DNA from: an uncultured delta proteobacterium
Lineage (GTDB): Bacteria > Myxococcota > UBA727 > VGSZ01
Assembly (NCBI GenBank): GCA_963775425.1
Contig: CAVZJB010000016.1
Span: forward strand, 448,001-512,000
Direction: 5' to 3'
DNA length: 64,000 nt
In this document: positions 45,359-55,372 of the stretch, one piece after another
Numbering within the stretch: the stretch's first letter is position 1
Layout: each line of letters opens with the position of its first letter
The notes under the pieces: generated by a model
Told to the model about the DNA's origin: nothing
Databases searched by the model: none
The model's input: only the letters and a program-made list of their open reading frames with translations
Translations under genes and position numbers: made by a program

Positions 45359-46795
45359 TCAGGCGTGCGAGCGGGCCGCGCCGATGACGTGGAGCAACAG
45401 CGTGTTGGTTCGCTGGCTCGACTGAAGCGGCTGCTTGAACAACACCACGGCGGTGTCGCCGGGCCTGCCGAAGCCGCGCGTCTCCAGCCGCTGGTCGATG
45501 GCGGCGAAGAGGTCCTCCGAGGTCTTGGGTGGGTCGATGACGTCGGCGGCGACGCCCCAGGCGAACGCGAGCCGACGCTGCTCGGCGGGGCTCGGCACCA
45601 GCGCCAGGATGGGCACCTTGGGCCGGTAGTCCGACACGAGCCGGGCGGTGTTGCCGCTCGTGGAGTACACGACGATGGCCTCGGCGCCGAGCTCGTGGGC
45701 GGCGCGCACGCCGGCCTGCGAGACGGCGTTTTGGAAGTCCTGCGCCTCCTGCGCCGCGAGGAAGTCCACCTTCACATAGCGCGCGCGATCGCTCTGCTCC
45801 GCCTCCTTGACGATGCGCGCCATGGTCTCGACGACGCGCTCGGGGTGCTTGCCCGCGGCGGTCTCGCCCGAGAGCATGACGGCGTCGGCGCCGTCGAGCA
45901 CGGCGTTGGCGACGTCGCTCGCCTCGGCGCGCGTGGGGCGGGGGTTGGTGATCATGCTCTCGAGCATCTGCGTGGCCACGATGACGATCTTGCCGCGGCG
46001 GTTTGCCTGCTCGCAGATCATCTTCTGGAGCGTGGGCACCTTCTCCGTGGGCATCTCCACGCCGAGGTCGCCGCGGGCGACCATCACCCCGTCGCTCTCC
46101 TCGAGGATGCCGTCGAGCTGATCGATGGCCTGCGGCTTTTCCAGCTTGGCGATGACCAGGGGGCGCGACTTCCCCTGGGCCAGCTCGCGCCTGAGCATGC
46201 GCACGTCGTTGCGCGCGCGAACGAACGAGAGCGCCACGGCGTCGACGCCGACCTCGGCGCCGAAGTGGGCGTCGCGGATGTCCTTGTCGGTGAGGGACGG
46301 CGCCGACACCTTGGTGTTCGGCAGGTTGATGCCCTTTTTGTCCTTGAGCACGCCGCCGTGGATGACCTCGCAGGTGACGTCGCGATCGGTCCGCTCGAGG
46401 ACCTTGAGGGTGAGGTTGCCGTCGTCGAGGAGCACGAGCTCGCCCTCGGAGACGTCCCGCGGGAGCGCCTTGTACAGCGTGCCGAAGCGCTCCGCGGTGC
46501 CGACGACATCGTCGACGGTGATGACCGTGCGCGACCCCTCCGCGAGGTGGATGGCGCCGCCCTCCATGGTGAGGCAGCGGATCTTGGGGCCCTGGAGGTC
46601 CTGGAGGATGGCCACGGGCTTGCCGAGCTTGCCCGCCGCGGCGCGGACGCGATTGACGAGCGTGCGATGGAAGTCGTGGTCACCGTGGCTGAAGTTGAGC
46701 CGGGCGACGTCCATCCCCGCCGCGATCAGGCCCTCGATGGCCTCCGCCGACGACGACGACGGGCCCAACGTGCAGATGATCTTGGCTCGACGCAT
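45359..46795 (-). CDS. pyk: Pyruvate kinase
   Basis: RRAKIICTLGP, RLNFSHG, DLQGPKIR, MVARGDLGVE, ATQMLESM, DAVMLSGETA. Confidence 0.98.
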   Translation of the reverse strand: MRRAKIICTLGPSSSSAEAIEGLIAAGMDVARLNFSHGDHDFHRTLVNRVRAAAGKLGKPVAILQDLQGPKIRCLTMEGGAIHLAEGSRTVITVDDVVGTAERFGTLYKALPRDVSEGELVLLDDGNLTLKVLERTDRDVTCEVIHGGVLKDKKGINLPNTKVSAPSLTDKDIRDAHFGAEVGVDAVALSFVRARNDVRMLRRELAQGKSRPLVIAKLEKPQAIDQLDGILEESDGVMVARGDLGVEMPTEKVPTLQKMICEQANRRGKIVIVATQMLESMITNPRPTRAEASDVANAVLDGADAVMLSGETAAGKHPERVVETMARIVKEAEQSDRARYVKVDFLAAQEAQDFQNAVSQAGVRAAHELGAEAIVVYSTSGNTARLVSDYRPKVPILALVPSPAEQRRLAFAWGVAADVIDPPKTSEDLFAAIDQRLETRGFGRPGDTAVVLFKQPLQSSQRTNTLLLHVIGAARSHA

Positions 46796-46799
46796 GTTC

Positions 46800-47720
46800 C
46801 TACCTGTCCAGGCGGTCCACGCCGCCGGCGAATCCGAAGAGCCGGCCATAGCACACGCCCAGCGTGACGACAGTCAGCGGAATTGTGACGAGGAGACCGA
46901 GGCCGCAGGCGAGCGAGCCTCCGAAGTTGAGCGCGCCGAGCACGAGGAACACCACGACGTGCGCGCCGAGCTGCGCGTTCACCGCCTCCACCGACGTCTT
47001 GAGCGCGGCCCACGCGGGGACGTCGCGATCGATGACCAGCAGCGGCGTGTAGGCGGTAGCCATGGCGAGGTAGAGCCCGGGCACCACGAGCACGACGAGG
47101 CCGAGCGCGACGACGAGCCCCACGAGGAGGCCGCTCACCACGAGGCGCTTCCACCGCGAAAAGCCCGCGAAGAAGTCGTTGAGCTCGACGGAGCGCCCCG
47201 ACGCCGCCCGCAGCGCGACGGTGCCGAAGCCCCCGCCCTGCAGCGGGCCGAGCGCGAGCACGCCGATGCCCGTGCTCGACAGCGCGCTCGACGCGAGCCC
47301 GATGATGACCGTGCCGACCGCGAGCGGCCCGAGGCGGCCCTTCACGAGCGCCCAGGCCTCCTTGACGGCGTCGACAGCGACGTCGTTGCGGGTCTCGAGG
47401 GTGGCGGGCTCCGGCGCCACGAGGAGCGGCGTGGCGGGCACGACCGAGACGATCCGCGGGGGACCGGCCGGCGCCGGCGGGGCCGGGGACGGGGCCGTCG
47501 GGGGCGCGGCCCTCAGGGGCACGGGCGCCGGGGGCACGGGCGCCGGGGGCGCGGCGGCCGGGGGCGCGGCGGCCGTGGCCTCCACCTGCACGCGGACGGG
47601 GGACGCGACGACGGTGGCGTCGGGCATCCTGCCGCCGCACTCGCCACAGAAGCGGATCTCGTCCGGCCACTCCGCCCCGCACTGGGGGCAGGGCCGCGTC
47701 GGCGTGGGAGCCCCGCTCAT
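46800..47720 (-). CDS. Zinc-ribbon, Pro-rich linker and DUF975-like membrane protein
   Basis: CPQCG...FCGECG, Pro/Ala linker, TM block LVVPGLYL...GLLVTIP. Confidence 0.75.
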   Translation of the reverse strand: MSGAPTPTRPCPQCGAEWPDEIRFCGECGGRMPDATVVASPVRVQVEATAAAPPAAAPPAPVPPAPVPLRAAPPTAPSPAPPAPAGPPRIVSVVPATPLLVAPEPATLETRNDVAVDAVKEAWALVKGRLGPLAVGTVIIGLASSALSSTGIGVLALGPLQGGGFGTVALRAASGRSVELNDFFAGFSRWKRLVVSGLLVGLVVALGLVVLVVPGLYLAMATAYTPLLVIDRDVPAWAALKTSVEAVNAQLGAHVVVFLVLGALNFGGSLACGLGLLVTIPLTVVTLGVCYGRLFGFAGGVDRLDR

Positions 47721-47773
47721 GGCCCCGCCTAACACGCGTTGAGCAAGGCGAAAACGCGGGCTACACCTCCCGC

Positions 47774-49462
47774 ATGCTGCGCCTCCCCCGCCTCGCCCGC
47801 GCCTCGCTCCCGTCCGCGCAAGCCACCCGCGCTGCGCTCCTCGCCGTCGTCACGGTGGGCGTGGGGGCGGGTTGCCGCAACTGCGACAACCTCGGCGCCG
47901 TCAAGGCCGCCGGCGCCATCGAGCCCGCCGTGTTCGAGTTCGGCCCGCTCACCGCCGGCAGCCAGTGCCAGGCGCTGCTGCAGGTCACCAACCACGGCCA
48001 GGAGGACCTCTCCGTGAGCGGGTCCTCGCTCGAGAACACCAACGGCGACTTCACGCTCAAGAAGGCGCCCGCGCTCGTGCGCATCGGCGCGGCCGAGGAC
48101 CTCCTCGTCGACTACACCGCCAACGGCAACAACGGCGACCTGCAGTCCACCGGCATCAAGCTGCAGACCGACGACGCGGACGACAACGGCATCCTGCGCG
48201 CCACCATCACCGCCATCGTCACCACGGAGCCCGCGGCGTCCGTGAAGACGCGCTGCGGCGCGGCGGACGCCGAGGTCTCGCCGTGCGCCAGCCTCGACTT
48301 CGGGGCCACGCAGGTGAACGGCTCGGGCATCACCCTCGGCGTGAAGGTCGTCAACGACGGCAACGCCGACATGCACATCTCGTTCGCCGCCATCAACGAG
48401 GGCAACCCGGACTTCACGCTCGACAGCGTGCTCCTCGGCAGCTCCGTCGTCACGGACTTCCCGCAAAACGCCATCACCCTGCCGCCGGGCCGCTCCACCG
48501 ACTGCGGGCAGCCCACGGGCACGGACGCCAACGTCGCCACGTTCAACGTGCACTACGCCCCGAGCGCCCTGGGCGCCGACGTCGACACGCTGGTCATCAC
48601 CACCGACGCCGTCGACAGCCCCGAGGTGGACGTGCCGCTGTCCGGGGCGGGCTCCGACATCGGCATCGTGATGACGCCGGCCACCGTCAACTTCGGCGCG
48701 CTCTCCGAGGGCGACAGCGACACCGTCGACGTGCGCGTGGCCAACGTGGGCACGTCGCAGGCCAGCGTGAACGACGCCTGCATCGACGTCGAAAACGACG
48801 GCACCTGCGACGCGCCGTGCACCGGGCAGGCGTCGGACTCCGCGCTGTCGGGCACGCTCACGTGCAAGGTCACCACCACCGACGGCTCCTTGGAGAGCCA
48901 CGGCTTCGTGCTCGCCGCCACCGACGCCGTGGACGGCGGCGCCGACGAGCGCAACATCGCCGTCACCTGGGCGCCCGCCGCCGGCGCGGATCGCATCCCG
49001 GCCACGGCGGTGCTGGCGCTGCACTCGAACGTCCTCGGCAACAGGATCTTCACGGCGCCCATCATCGGCGGCTCCATCGGCATCATCGAGGCCTCCACGC
49101 CGGACGGCGACTGCACCGGCGGGCCGGACGCCGACGCCTGCGTGCACGCCACCGGCGACGCCGCCGACTTCTCGACGTGGGCGGGCACCGTGACGCTGCG
49201 GCTCACCAACACCGGCCAGGCCACGGTGAACCTCGGCACCATCGAGAAGGACGGCAACGCCGGCATCATCGACGACTACGCCCTCGGCGCGCCCTCGCAG
49301 ACGGCCATCGCCCCGGGCGACCACGCCGACATCGTGCTCACCTACGACGAGTCCACCGGCGGCGACGCCGGCGCCTCCGACGAGATCATGAACGTGCTCG
49401 TGCACCACGACGGCGCCGGCGCCCTGACCACCATCGTCGTCGACGTCATCCCCCCCACGTGA
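47774..49462 (+). CDS. Lipoprotein with choice-of-anchor D / ASH-like Ig domains
   Basis: GAGC lipobox-like; repeated FG.....V.N.G...L.V Ig motifs (FEFG/LDFG/VNFG). Confidence 0.75.
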   Translation: MLRLPRLARASLPSAQATRAALLAVVTVGVGAGCRNCDNLGAVKAAGAIEPAVFEFGPLTAGSQCQALLQVTNHGQEDLSVSGSSLENTNGDFTLKKAPALVRIGAAEDLLVDYTANGNNGDLQSTGIKLQTDDADDNGILRATITAIVTTEPAASVKTRCGAADAEVSPCASLDFGATQVNGSGITLGVKVVNDGNADMHISFAAINEGNPDFTLDSVLLGSSVVTDFPQNAITLPPGRSTDCGQPTGTDANVATFNVHYAPSALGADVDTLVITTDAVDSPEVDVPLSGAGSDIGIVMTPATVNFGALSEGDSDTVDVRVANVGTSQASVNDACIDVENDGTCDAPCTGQASDSALSGTLTCKVTTTDGSLESHGFVLAATDAVDGGADERNIAVTWAPAAGADRIPATAVLALHSNVLGNRIFTAPIIGGSIGIIEASTPDGDCTGGPDADACVHATGDAADFSTWAGTVTLRLTNTGQATVNLGTIEKDGNAGIIDDYALGAPSQTAIAPGDHADIVLTYDESTGGDAGASDEIMNVLVHHDGAGALTTIVVDVIPPT

Positions 49463-49514
49463 TGTCCGCTCCAGCGTGGGCGTGGGGCGCGCCGCCGGGG
49501 CGCGCGCTGTCGGC

Positions 49515-50444
49515 GTGAGGCCCTACCTGCTGCTCGGCGTCGGCGTCCTCTCGGTGGGCGCGGCCGCCATCCTCATTCGCGAGGCGCACGCGCCCACGCT
49601 CGTCATCGCCTTCTGGCGCACCGTGCTCGGCGGATCGGCCCTCGCCCTCGTCGTCGCCGCGCGGCAGCGGCTGGGCCCGCGCTCCGCCGGTGGCGCGGAC
49701 GCCCGCCCGCCGCCGGGCATCCCCCGCGGCGAGCACCTGCGCCGCGCGGTGATCGCGGGCCTGCTGCTCGGCGTGCACTTCTGGTCCTGGATCGCGTCGC
49801 TCGAAAAGACCAGCGTCGCCGCCAGCGTCGTCCTCGTGTGCACACAGCCCATCTTCGTGGCGCTCCTGGCCCACGTGGTGCTGCGCGAGCGCACCCCGCG
49901 CCTCGGCCTCGTCGGCATCGCCGTCGCCTTCGCCGGCGCCGCCCTCATCGCCAAGGACGCCACCGGCGGCAGCGACGACCTCGGCGGTGACGCGCTCGCC
50001 CTCGTGGGCGCCGTGGCCATCGCCGTCTACGTCCTCGTCGGGCGCAGGAGCGCCGGCAAGGTCGACGTCATGGCCTACTCGGCCACGGTCTCGCTCGTCG
50101 CCGCCGCGAGCCTCGCCGTGCCGCTCGTGTTGTCGTCGGCGTCGCCCGCGGCCGCGCTGCCGCCGACGCCCTCATCGTGGTTCTGGGTCTGCTCGCTCGC
50201 GCTCGGCCCGCAGCTCATCGGCCACACGGCGCTCAACGCCGCGCTCGCCCGGCTGCCGGCGCCCGTGGTGTCGGGCAGCATCCTCGGCGAGCCGGTGATC
50301 TCGACGGCGCTCGCGTGGCTCGTCCTCGACGAGATCCCCGGCGTCTTCACGCTCGCGGGGAGCGCCGTCGTGCTCACGGGGCTTGTGGTGCTCCTGTGGG
50401 CGACGCGGCCGGCGCCTGCTCGCGCGCCGGCGCCGCCCCCGTGA
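49515..50444 (+). CDS. DMT/EamA family transporter
   Basis: About 10 TM helices; HFWSWIASL..TSVA, PQLIGHT, GEPV motifs. Confidence 0.92.
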   Translation: MRPYLLLGVGVLSVGAAAILIREAHAPTLVIAFWRTVLGGSALALVVAARQRLGPRSAGGADARPPPGIPRGEHLRRAVIAGLLLGVHFWSWIASLEKTSVAASVVLVCTQPIFVALLAHVVLRERTPRLGLVGIAVAFAGAALIAKDATGGSDDLGGDALALVGAVAIAVYVLVGRRSAGKVDVMAYSATVSLVAAASLAVPLVLSSASPAAALPPTPSSWFWVCSLALGPQLIGHTALNAALARLPAPVVSGSILGEPVISTALAWLVLDEIPGVFTLAGSAVVLTGLVVLLWATRPAPARAPAPPP

Positions 50445-51900
50445 ACAGCAGGCAGAGGTCACCGCGGCACGAGAACGCGTCCCCGGCCGGGGCCGAGCCG
50501 GACGAGGCGCGCGCCACGAAGCGCATCAGCGACGCGGGTGCTCCCGCGCGCACGCCGTAGGCAGGGAGGACGCCGCCGGCGTCGGCGCACATCGCCAGGC
50601 CGTTTTCGGGGACGACGGCGCGCACCACGAACAACCCGCCGGCGAGCGCGTTTTCGTCCTTGTCGTCGAGCACCTCGATGACGGCCTCGATGCGCCGGCC
50701 GGCCCACACCTTGTCCACGGCGAGGCCGACGCAGGGCGCGCCGCGCGCGACGCCCACGGCGGTGCGCACGCACGGGCCCTCGGCGCACGGCTTGCCGTCG
50801 GGGCCCTTGCCGCGCGTGGCCGGGCGAATCGGCATCGGGGCGAGCCGCAGCTCCGCGTGCTCCGACGTGAGCAGCACGCGCTGGCGCAGCGTGACGTCGT
50901 TGCCGAGGAGGTTCATGGCGCCCCTTCCTTTCCACGCGCGCACCGCACCGACGTCGACGCGCTCGCGGCCGAGCAGGAGGTGGTCGATGACGAAGGCGCC
51001 TTCGCTGCGCCGCCGCGTGCCGTCGAGGCTGGCGATGTCCGCTGCCAGCCCGCCCTGCACCGGCAGATCCAACGCCTCGCCGAGCTTCTCGTCGACGAGC
51101 GTGTGGCTGGCGCCCGTGTCGAGCAGGAAGGGGATGGCGGCGCGGCCGCTCTCGTCGAGGGGCGCGAGCAGCATCGGCCCCGGGCCCACCGCGATGCGCA
51201 CCACGTTGTCGCGGGCGGTGAGGAAGCCGGTGCCGGGCGGGTAGATGCCGAGCACGCCCTGGTCGACGGCGAACACCATGTCCACCTCGCGCAACACGTC
51301 GTAGCCGACGAGCGCGTCCGCCTGCAGGCCGTCCACCACGGTGGCCCGCACGCCGTGCACGCGCACCTTGCCGAGCGTGATGATGCCCACGTCCACGTCG
51401 TACGTGTCGATGAGGCGGCCGTGCGCGTCGTGCGTCTTCGCGGGGTAGTGCACGACGCCGGGCGCATCGAGGCCGAGGGCAGCCGCGAGACGGGCGGAGA
51501 TGGCCGTGGTGCTCGCGCCGGTGTCGAGGAGCACGCGGGTGTCCCTGCCCTGAATGAGCACGTGCGTGACCAGATGCAGACCGGCGCCGATCTCGAGCGG
51601 CAGCCACACCGCTTGCGGGTGGCGCAGCGGCAGCTCGGCGATGTCGCCCGCCGCCCCGAACAGCGGCTCGCCCGCGCGTGGCCGGCGCGACAGCGACAGC
51701 GGCGGCGGCCCGCGCCGCGGCGTCGGTTTGGCGTCGGGTACGAGCGGTGGCAGGTCCGTCGACGGCGCCTGGTGCGAGACGGGCACCCCCACCAGACGCG
51801 GGACCGGCGTCATGGCCGGCGGCAACGACGGCTTCGGGTGGAACGTCGGCCCTCCGCCCATCAAGCTCGCGCAGACGAGGAGCGCGGCCGCGGGGCTCAC
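50374..51900 (-). CDS. Secreted double-domain retropepsin-like aspartyl protease
   Basis: GTG 51900 overlaps the catalase-like stop; two LLDTGAS motifs with LVGYDVL and LLGNDV; N-terminal signal-like segment. Confidence 0.85.
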   Translation of the reverse strand: MSPAAALLVCASLMGGGPTFHPKPSLPPAMTPVPRLVGVPVSHQAPSTDLPPLVPDAKPTPRRGPPPLSLSRRPRAGEPLFGAAGDIAELPLRHPQAVWLPLEIGAGLHLVTHVLIQGRDTRVLLDTGASTTAISARLAAALGLDAPGVVHYPAKTHDAHGRLIDTYDVDVGIITLGKVRVHGVRATVVDGLQADALVGYDVLREVDMVFAVDQGVLGIYPPGTGFLTARDNVVRIAVGPGPMLLAPLDESGRAAIPFLLDTGASHTLVDEKLGEALDLPVQGGLAADIASLDGTRRRSEGAFVIDHLLLGRERVDVGAVRAWKGRGAMNLLGNDVTLRQRVLLTSEHAELRLAPMPIRPATRGKGPDGKPCAEGPCVRTAVGVARGAPCVGLAVDKVWAGRRIEAVIEVLDDKDENALAGGLFVVRAVVPENGLAMCADAGGVLPAYGVRAGAPASLMRFVARASSGSAPAGDAFSCRGDLCLLFTGAAPAREQAPAASPTGAPQAP

Positions 51901-52937
51901 GGCGCACCCCCTGCGGACCCGCCGCCCACCGCGAGCACCGACGTCGGCTCGAGCGCCGCCCCCCGCTGAAACGAGCTCACACGGTACGCCGCCTTGCGCG
52001 CGCGCTGGGTCTTTCCGAGGGGGCGGTGGTCCTCCAGGGCGTGCCACGGGTCGAAGGAGAGCGTGTCGACGAGCTCGTCGATCTCGCGCCCGCGCGCGCC
52101 CTCGACGTCCTGCTCGGGGAGCTCGAGCACGGCGACGTCGTGAAACGGGCCCCGCCAGGCCACGGACGCGCGCTCGATGGGCGTGCGCCGCTCGTCGGTG
52201 AACAGCTGCGCCTGCACGCGCCAGCGCAGCGGGCCCGAGCGCAGCCGCGCCACGAGGTCCTCGCGGAAGGTGGCGCCGCTCCTGGCCCCGACGTGACGCT
52301 CGGGGACCAGCGAGAGCTTGGCCGCCGCCGGCCCGAGCTTCACGGGCACGGCGTTGAAGAACGTGGCGCCCGCGAGCGACGGCGGCTGCGGCACCTGCGC
52401 CAGCCGCACCAGGATGCGCGCCGCCGACAGCGGCCCGACGGCGAGCGCGAGCTTGAGCGGCAGGAGCAGCGGGCCGCCGATGCTCGCGCGCGCGAGCGCC
52501 AGGAACTCGTCGAACGAGTCGGTGGGCACGGCCGGCGTCTGCACGAAGAGGAAGTCCTGCGTGACGTCGTGCGCGTGGCCGTCGAGCAGCTTGTCGCCCA
52601 GGACACCCACGAGCTTGAGGGCGCAGCCGCGCACGTCGAGGATGCCGTCGGGCTGCTTGCGGACGGCGCCGTTCGAGAACCGCACGTAGCAGGGCCACTC
52701 GCGCGCCGCCGCGAACACCCCGGACGCGAGCGGCTCCGGCAGGTCGGGCAGCACCCGCATCACGCCGGCCACGCCCGTGTGCCTCTTGAGGTGGAAGACC
52801 CGACCCACGGGGCGTCGCGTGCGGCGCGCCACGTCACGGGCGATGTCGGCTATCTCCTGCGCGAAAGAGGCGAAGGACGCGTCCTCATCGTCACCGATGA
52901 CTTCCTGCCAATCGCGCGACCAATTCACCCGGCTCAT
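51897..52937 (-). CDS. Small catalase-like heme protein (catalase-related peroxidase / cAOS-like)
   Basis: RVFHLK (distal His), VRFSNG, DVRGCALKL, TQDFLF, LSFDPW, HRPLG, RARKAAY (proximal Tyr); no signal peptide. Confidence 0.85.
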   Translation of the reverse strand: MSRVNWSRDWQEVIGDDEDASFASFAQEIADIARDVARRTRRPVGRVFHLKRHTGVAGVMRVLPDLPEPLASGVFAAAREWPCYVRFSNGAVRKQPDGILDVRGCALKLVGVLGDKLLDGHAHDVTQDFLFVQTPAVPTDSFDEFLALARASIGGPLLLPLKLALAVGPLSAARILVRLAQVPQPPSLAGATFFNAVPVKLGPAAAKLSLVPERHVGARSGATFREDLVARLRSGPLRWRVQAQLFTDERRTPIERASVAWRGPFHDVAVLELPEQDVEGARGREIDELVDTLSFDPWHALEDHRPLGKTQRARKAAYRVSSFQRGAALEPTSVLAVGGGSAGGAP

Positions 52938-52988
52938 GACGCGACACGCTAGCGCGGCCCCACCCGCAGCGACATCCCCGCTGCGCCC

Positions 52989-53981
52989 TCACGGGTCGAG
53001 CGCGAGGTGCTGCGGGTTCTTCGCGTACTGGCAGTTGTCGTAGTCGATGGGGTCCTCCGGCGACGCGACGACGACGCCGCTGCCGTCAGGGGTGGCGGCG
53101 CCGAGGGTCTCGATGAAGCAGGCGACGGCGACGTACTCCGCGTCCGACAGCGCCTGGTTGGCGAGGGGCATTCTGCTGCCGGGCACGGTGCCCGTGATGC
53201 GGCCCCACAGGTAGCTGCGGTCGAGCGAGCCGGGCTCCACGATGCGCGCGCCGGCGTCGATGTCGTGGGTGTCGGCGCCGAAGACGCCGTTTTCGTTGGG
53301 GTCACCCGGGACGAGGCTCGCCAGCACCTCGTCGACGTACTGATCGACGAAGGGGTTGTCGGCGAGGCCGTTGATGGTGACGACGGCGACGTTGCTGCCC
53401 GCGGCCATGTCCACCTGCACCTGCCAGTCCGCCGCCGGCAGCAGCACCGGCTTGTCCGGCACGTCCTCGTAGAAATACACGGTGTGCGCCACGACGTCCG
53501 ACGGCGCGGGGTCGCGCAGCGTGAGGGTCCAGTGGTCGACGGCGTCCCGGTGGGCGTACGCGATCTCGGAGATCATCACGTTGTCGATGACGACGAGATC
53601 GCCGGGGCGCTCGCAGAGATCGAAGCCCTGCGTGGGGTCCGGCATCTCGAGGTTGCACCACGCGTCCACCGTCTGCAGCAGCGACCCCGTCGTCGACAGG
53701 TCCGGGTAGTTGGACGTGTTGTGGCAGACGCCCGCGTTGGGCGAGCAACTGCGCGACACGATCTTCTGGTGCATGTCGATGGTGCGCGGAAAGAGCCTGC
53801 GCGCCTCGCTGACGACGGCGGGCTCGTCGCGCGCGACGGCGGGGCCGTCGACGACGTCGGGCGCCCTGCCGGCACAGCCGGCGGCCGCCAAGGCGAGCGC
53901 GGGGCCGGCGAAAAACGGCGCGAGGCGGCGGACGAGCCGCGGCGCCACGGCGATCCATGGGGACGACACGATGCGGCTCAT
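52989..53981 (-). CDS. Lipoprotein with a split planctomycete-cytochrome-c-like domain (CX6CH)
   Basis: Lipobox AAAGC; CSPNAGVCH..YPDL; C-terminal IVEPG...SYLWGRI...RMP....LS......ACFIE. Confidence 0.6.
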   Translation of the reverse strand: MSRIVSSPWIAVAPRLVRRLAPFFAGPALALAAAGCAGRAPDVVDGPAVARDEPAVVSEARRLFPRTIDMHQKIVSRSCSPNAGVCHNTSNYPDLSTTGSLLQTVDAWCNLEMPDPTQGFDLCERPGDLVVIDNVMISEIAYAHRDAVDHWTLTLRDPAPSDVVAHTVYFYEDVPDKPVLLPAADWQVQVDMAAGSNVAVVTINGLADNPFVDQYVDEVLASLVPGDPNENGVFGADTHDIDAGARIVEPGSLDRSYLWGRITGTVPGSRMPLANQALSDAEYVAVACFIETLGAATPDGSGVVVASPEDPIDYDNCQYAKNPQHLALDP

Positions 53982-55357
53982 GAAAACAGCTCCGCGACCG
54001 GCGCCTTGCCCACGAGGGACGCGCCGTCGATGCCCTGGACGTCGAGGAGCGTGGCGAGGAACGAGCGGATGTCCACCGTGCCCTCCACCGCGTTCATCTG
54101 CTCGTCGGTGTGGCCGATGAGCTTGCCCCCTTGCGTCACCGCGCCGCCCATCACCGCGAGCGCCTGGTTGCGCGCGGGGCCGTCGCCGGTGGGCACGTGG
54201 TCGCTGCCGTTACCGGAGTTGAAGCCCGTCTCCTCGAACGTGTTGTTGCGGGAGAACTCGCTGAGCGTGACGACGAGGGTCTTGTCCCAATAGGTGCCGC
54301 CCTCGGGGTGCGGCATCTGCTTGAGCAGGAAGCTCAGCCCGGTCAACTGCCGGACGAGGTCCTCGCTGCGCGCGGCGTAGGCGTCGTGCTCGATGTCGTG
54401 CATGTCGTAGATGGCGCGCGTCACCGCGCACATGGGCGATCCCCCGGAGAAGCAGCGCAGCGCGAGCGCGACGTCGCCGCCCCAGGAGCGGATGCCCGGC
54501 TGCGGGTCCCCGATGTCGGCGAGGTCGTGGTCGCCGAGCACCTCGATGAGCTGCGCGTTGCTCACGCCGGCGTCGACGGCCTCGGGGTGGCCGAACACGT
54601 CGAGCTTGGGGTCGAGGAGCATGTGCGAAAAGACGCCCGCGTTCTGCTTGGCGATGCGGTAGTTGCGCAGCCGCTTGCTGTAGGCGCGGCTCCTGCGCGC
54701 GAGGAACTTCTCGTCGAGTCCCTTGCGCAGGTCGGAATGCCACCCGTCCTTCACGCTCAGCGCGCTCGCGGCGCCGGAGCGCGCGCCGAGGAGCGTGAGC
54801 GGACGGCGCTCGCCGTAGATGCCTGCGCCGAGGCCCATGTCCGTGGGCACGATCTCGACGGGAGGCATCACGTCCTGGCTGAAGCCGTCGGCGTACAGCG
54901 CGTGGTGGAAGCCCACGAGCGACAGGATGCCGGTCTCCCCCTCGGTGAAGCCCGTGGACGCGCGGCGGTGGCCCGCGACGTGGTCCACCTCCACAGGCCC
55001 GTCGGGGTTCTGATCCACGCAGGCGAGCACGGCGACGTCGGCAGTGACGTCGGCGAACGCGGGGACCTCGCCGAGCGACGACGCGTAGGACTTGCGGCCG
55101 CACGCGGCGCCGAGCGTCCACTCCGTGCCGTCGGCGGCGGGCTGCGTGCCGAAGGGGTTGTGCTGGAAGGCGCCCACCGCGTTGAAGGTGCAGTGCGAGC
55201 GGAAGCCGCCCTGCGCGTTCAAGACGAGCACGTGGCGCACGGCGCCGAAGGCCTCCGTGGCGGCGCGGGCGCGCTTGGGCAGCAACAGCGTGGGAGCCGC
55301 GGCGACGGCGGCCGACGAGGCGGCGAGCTTCAGGAAGGAGCGGCGTTTGATCTTCAT
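53978..55357 (-). CDS. DUF1501-like protein with Tat signal
   Basis: KRRSFLK Tat motif, LNAQGG, YDMH, TLVVTLSEFSR, GSDH, VMGG.V..GKLIG.TD. Confidence 0.8.
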   Translation of the reverse strand: MKIKRRSFLKLAASSAAVAAAPTLLLPKRARAATEAFGAVRHVLVLNAQGGFRSHCTFNAVGAFQHNPFGTQPAADGTEWTLGAACGRKSYASSLGEVPAFADVTADVAVLACVDQNPDGPVEVDHVAGHRRASTGFTEGETGILSLVGFHHALYADGFSQDVMPPVEIVPTDMGLGAGIYGERRPLTLLGARSGAASALSVKDGWHSDLRKGLDEKFLARRSRAYSKRLRNYRIAKQNAGVFSHMLLDPKLDVFGHPEAVDAGVSNAQLIEVLGDHDLADIGDPQPGIRSWGGDVALALRCFSGGSPMCAVTRAIYDMHDIEHDAYAARSEDLVRQLTGLSFLLKQMPHPEGGTYWDKTLVVTLSEFSRNNTFEETGFNSGNGSDHVPTGDGPARNQALAVMGGAVTQGGKLIGHTDEQMNAVEGTVDIRSFLATLLDVQGIDGASLVGKAPVAELFS

Positions 55358-55372
55358 GCGTTCACCCGTCCT

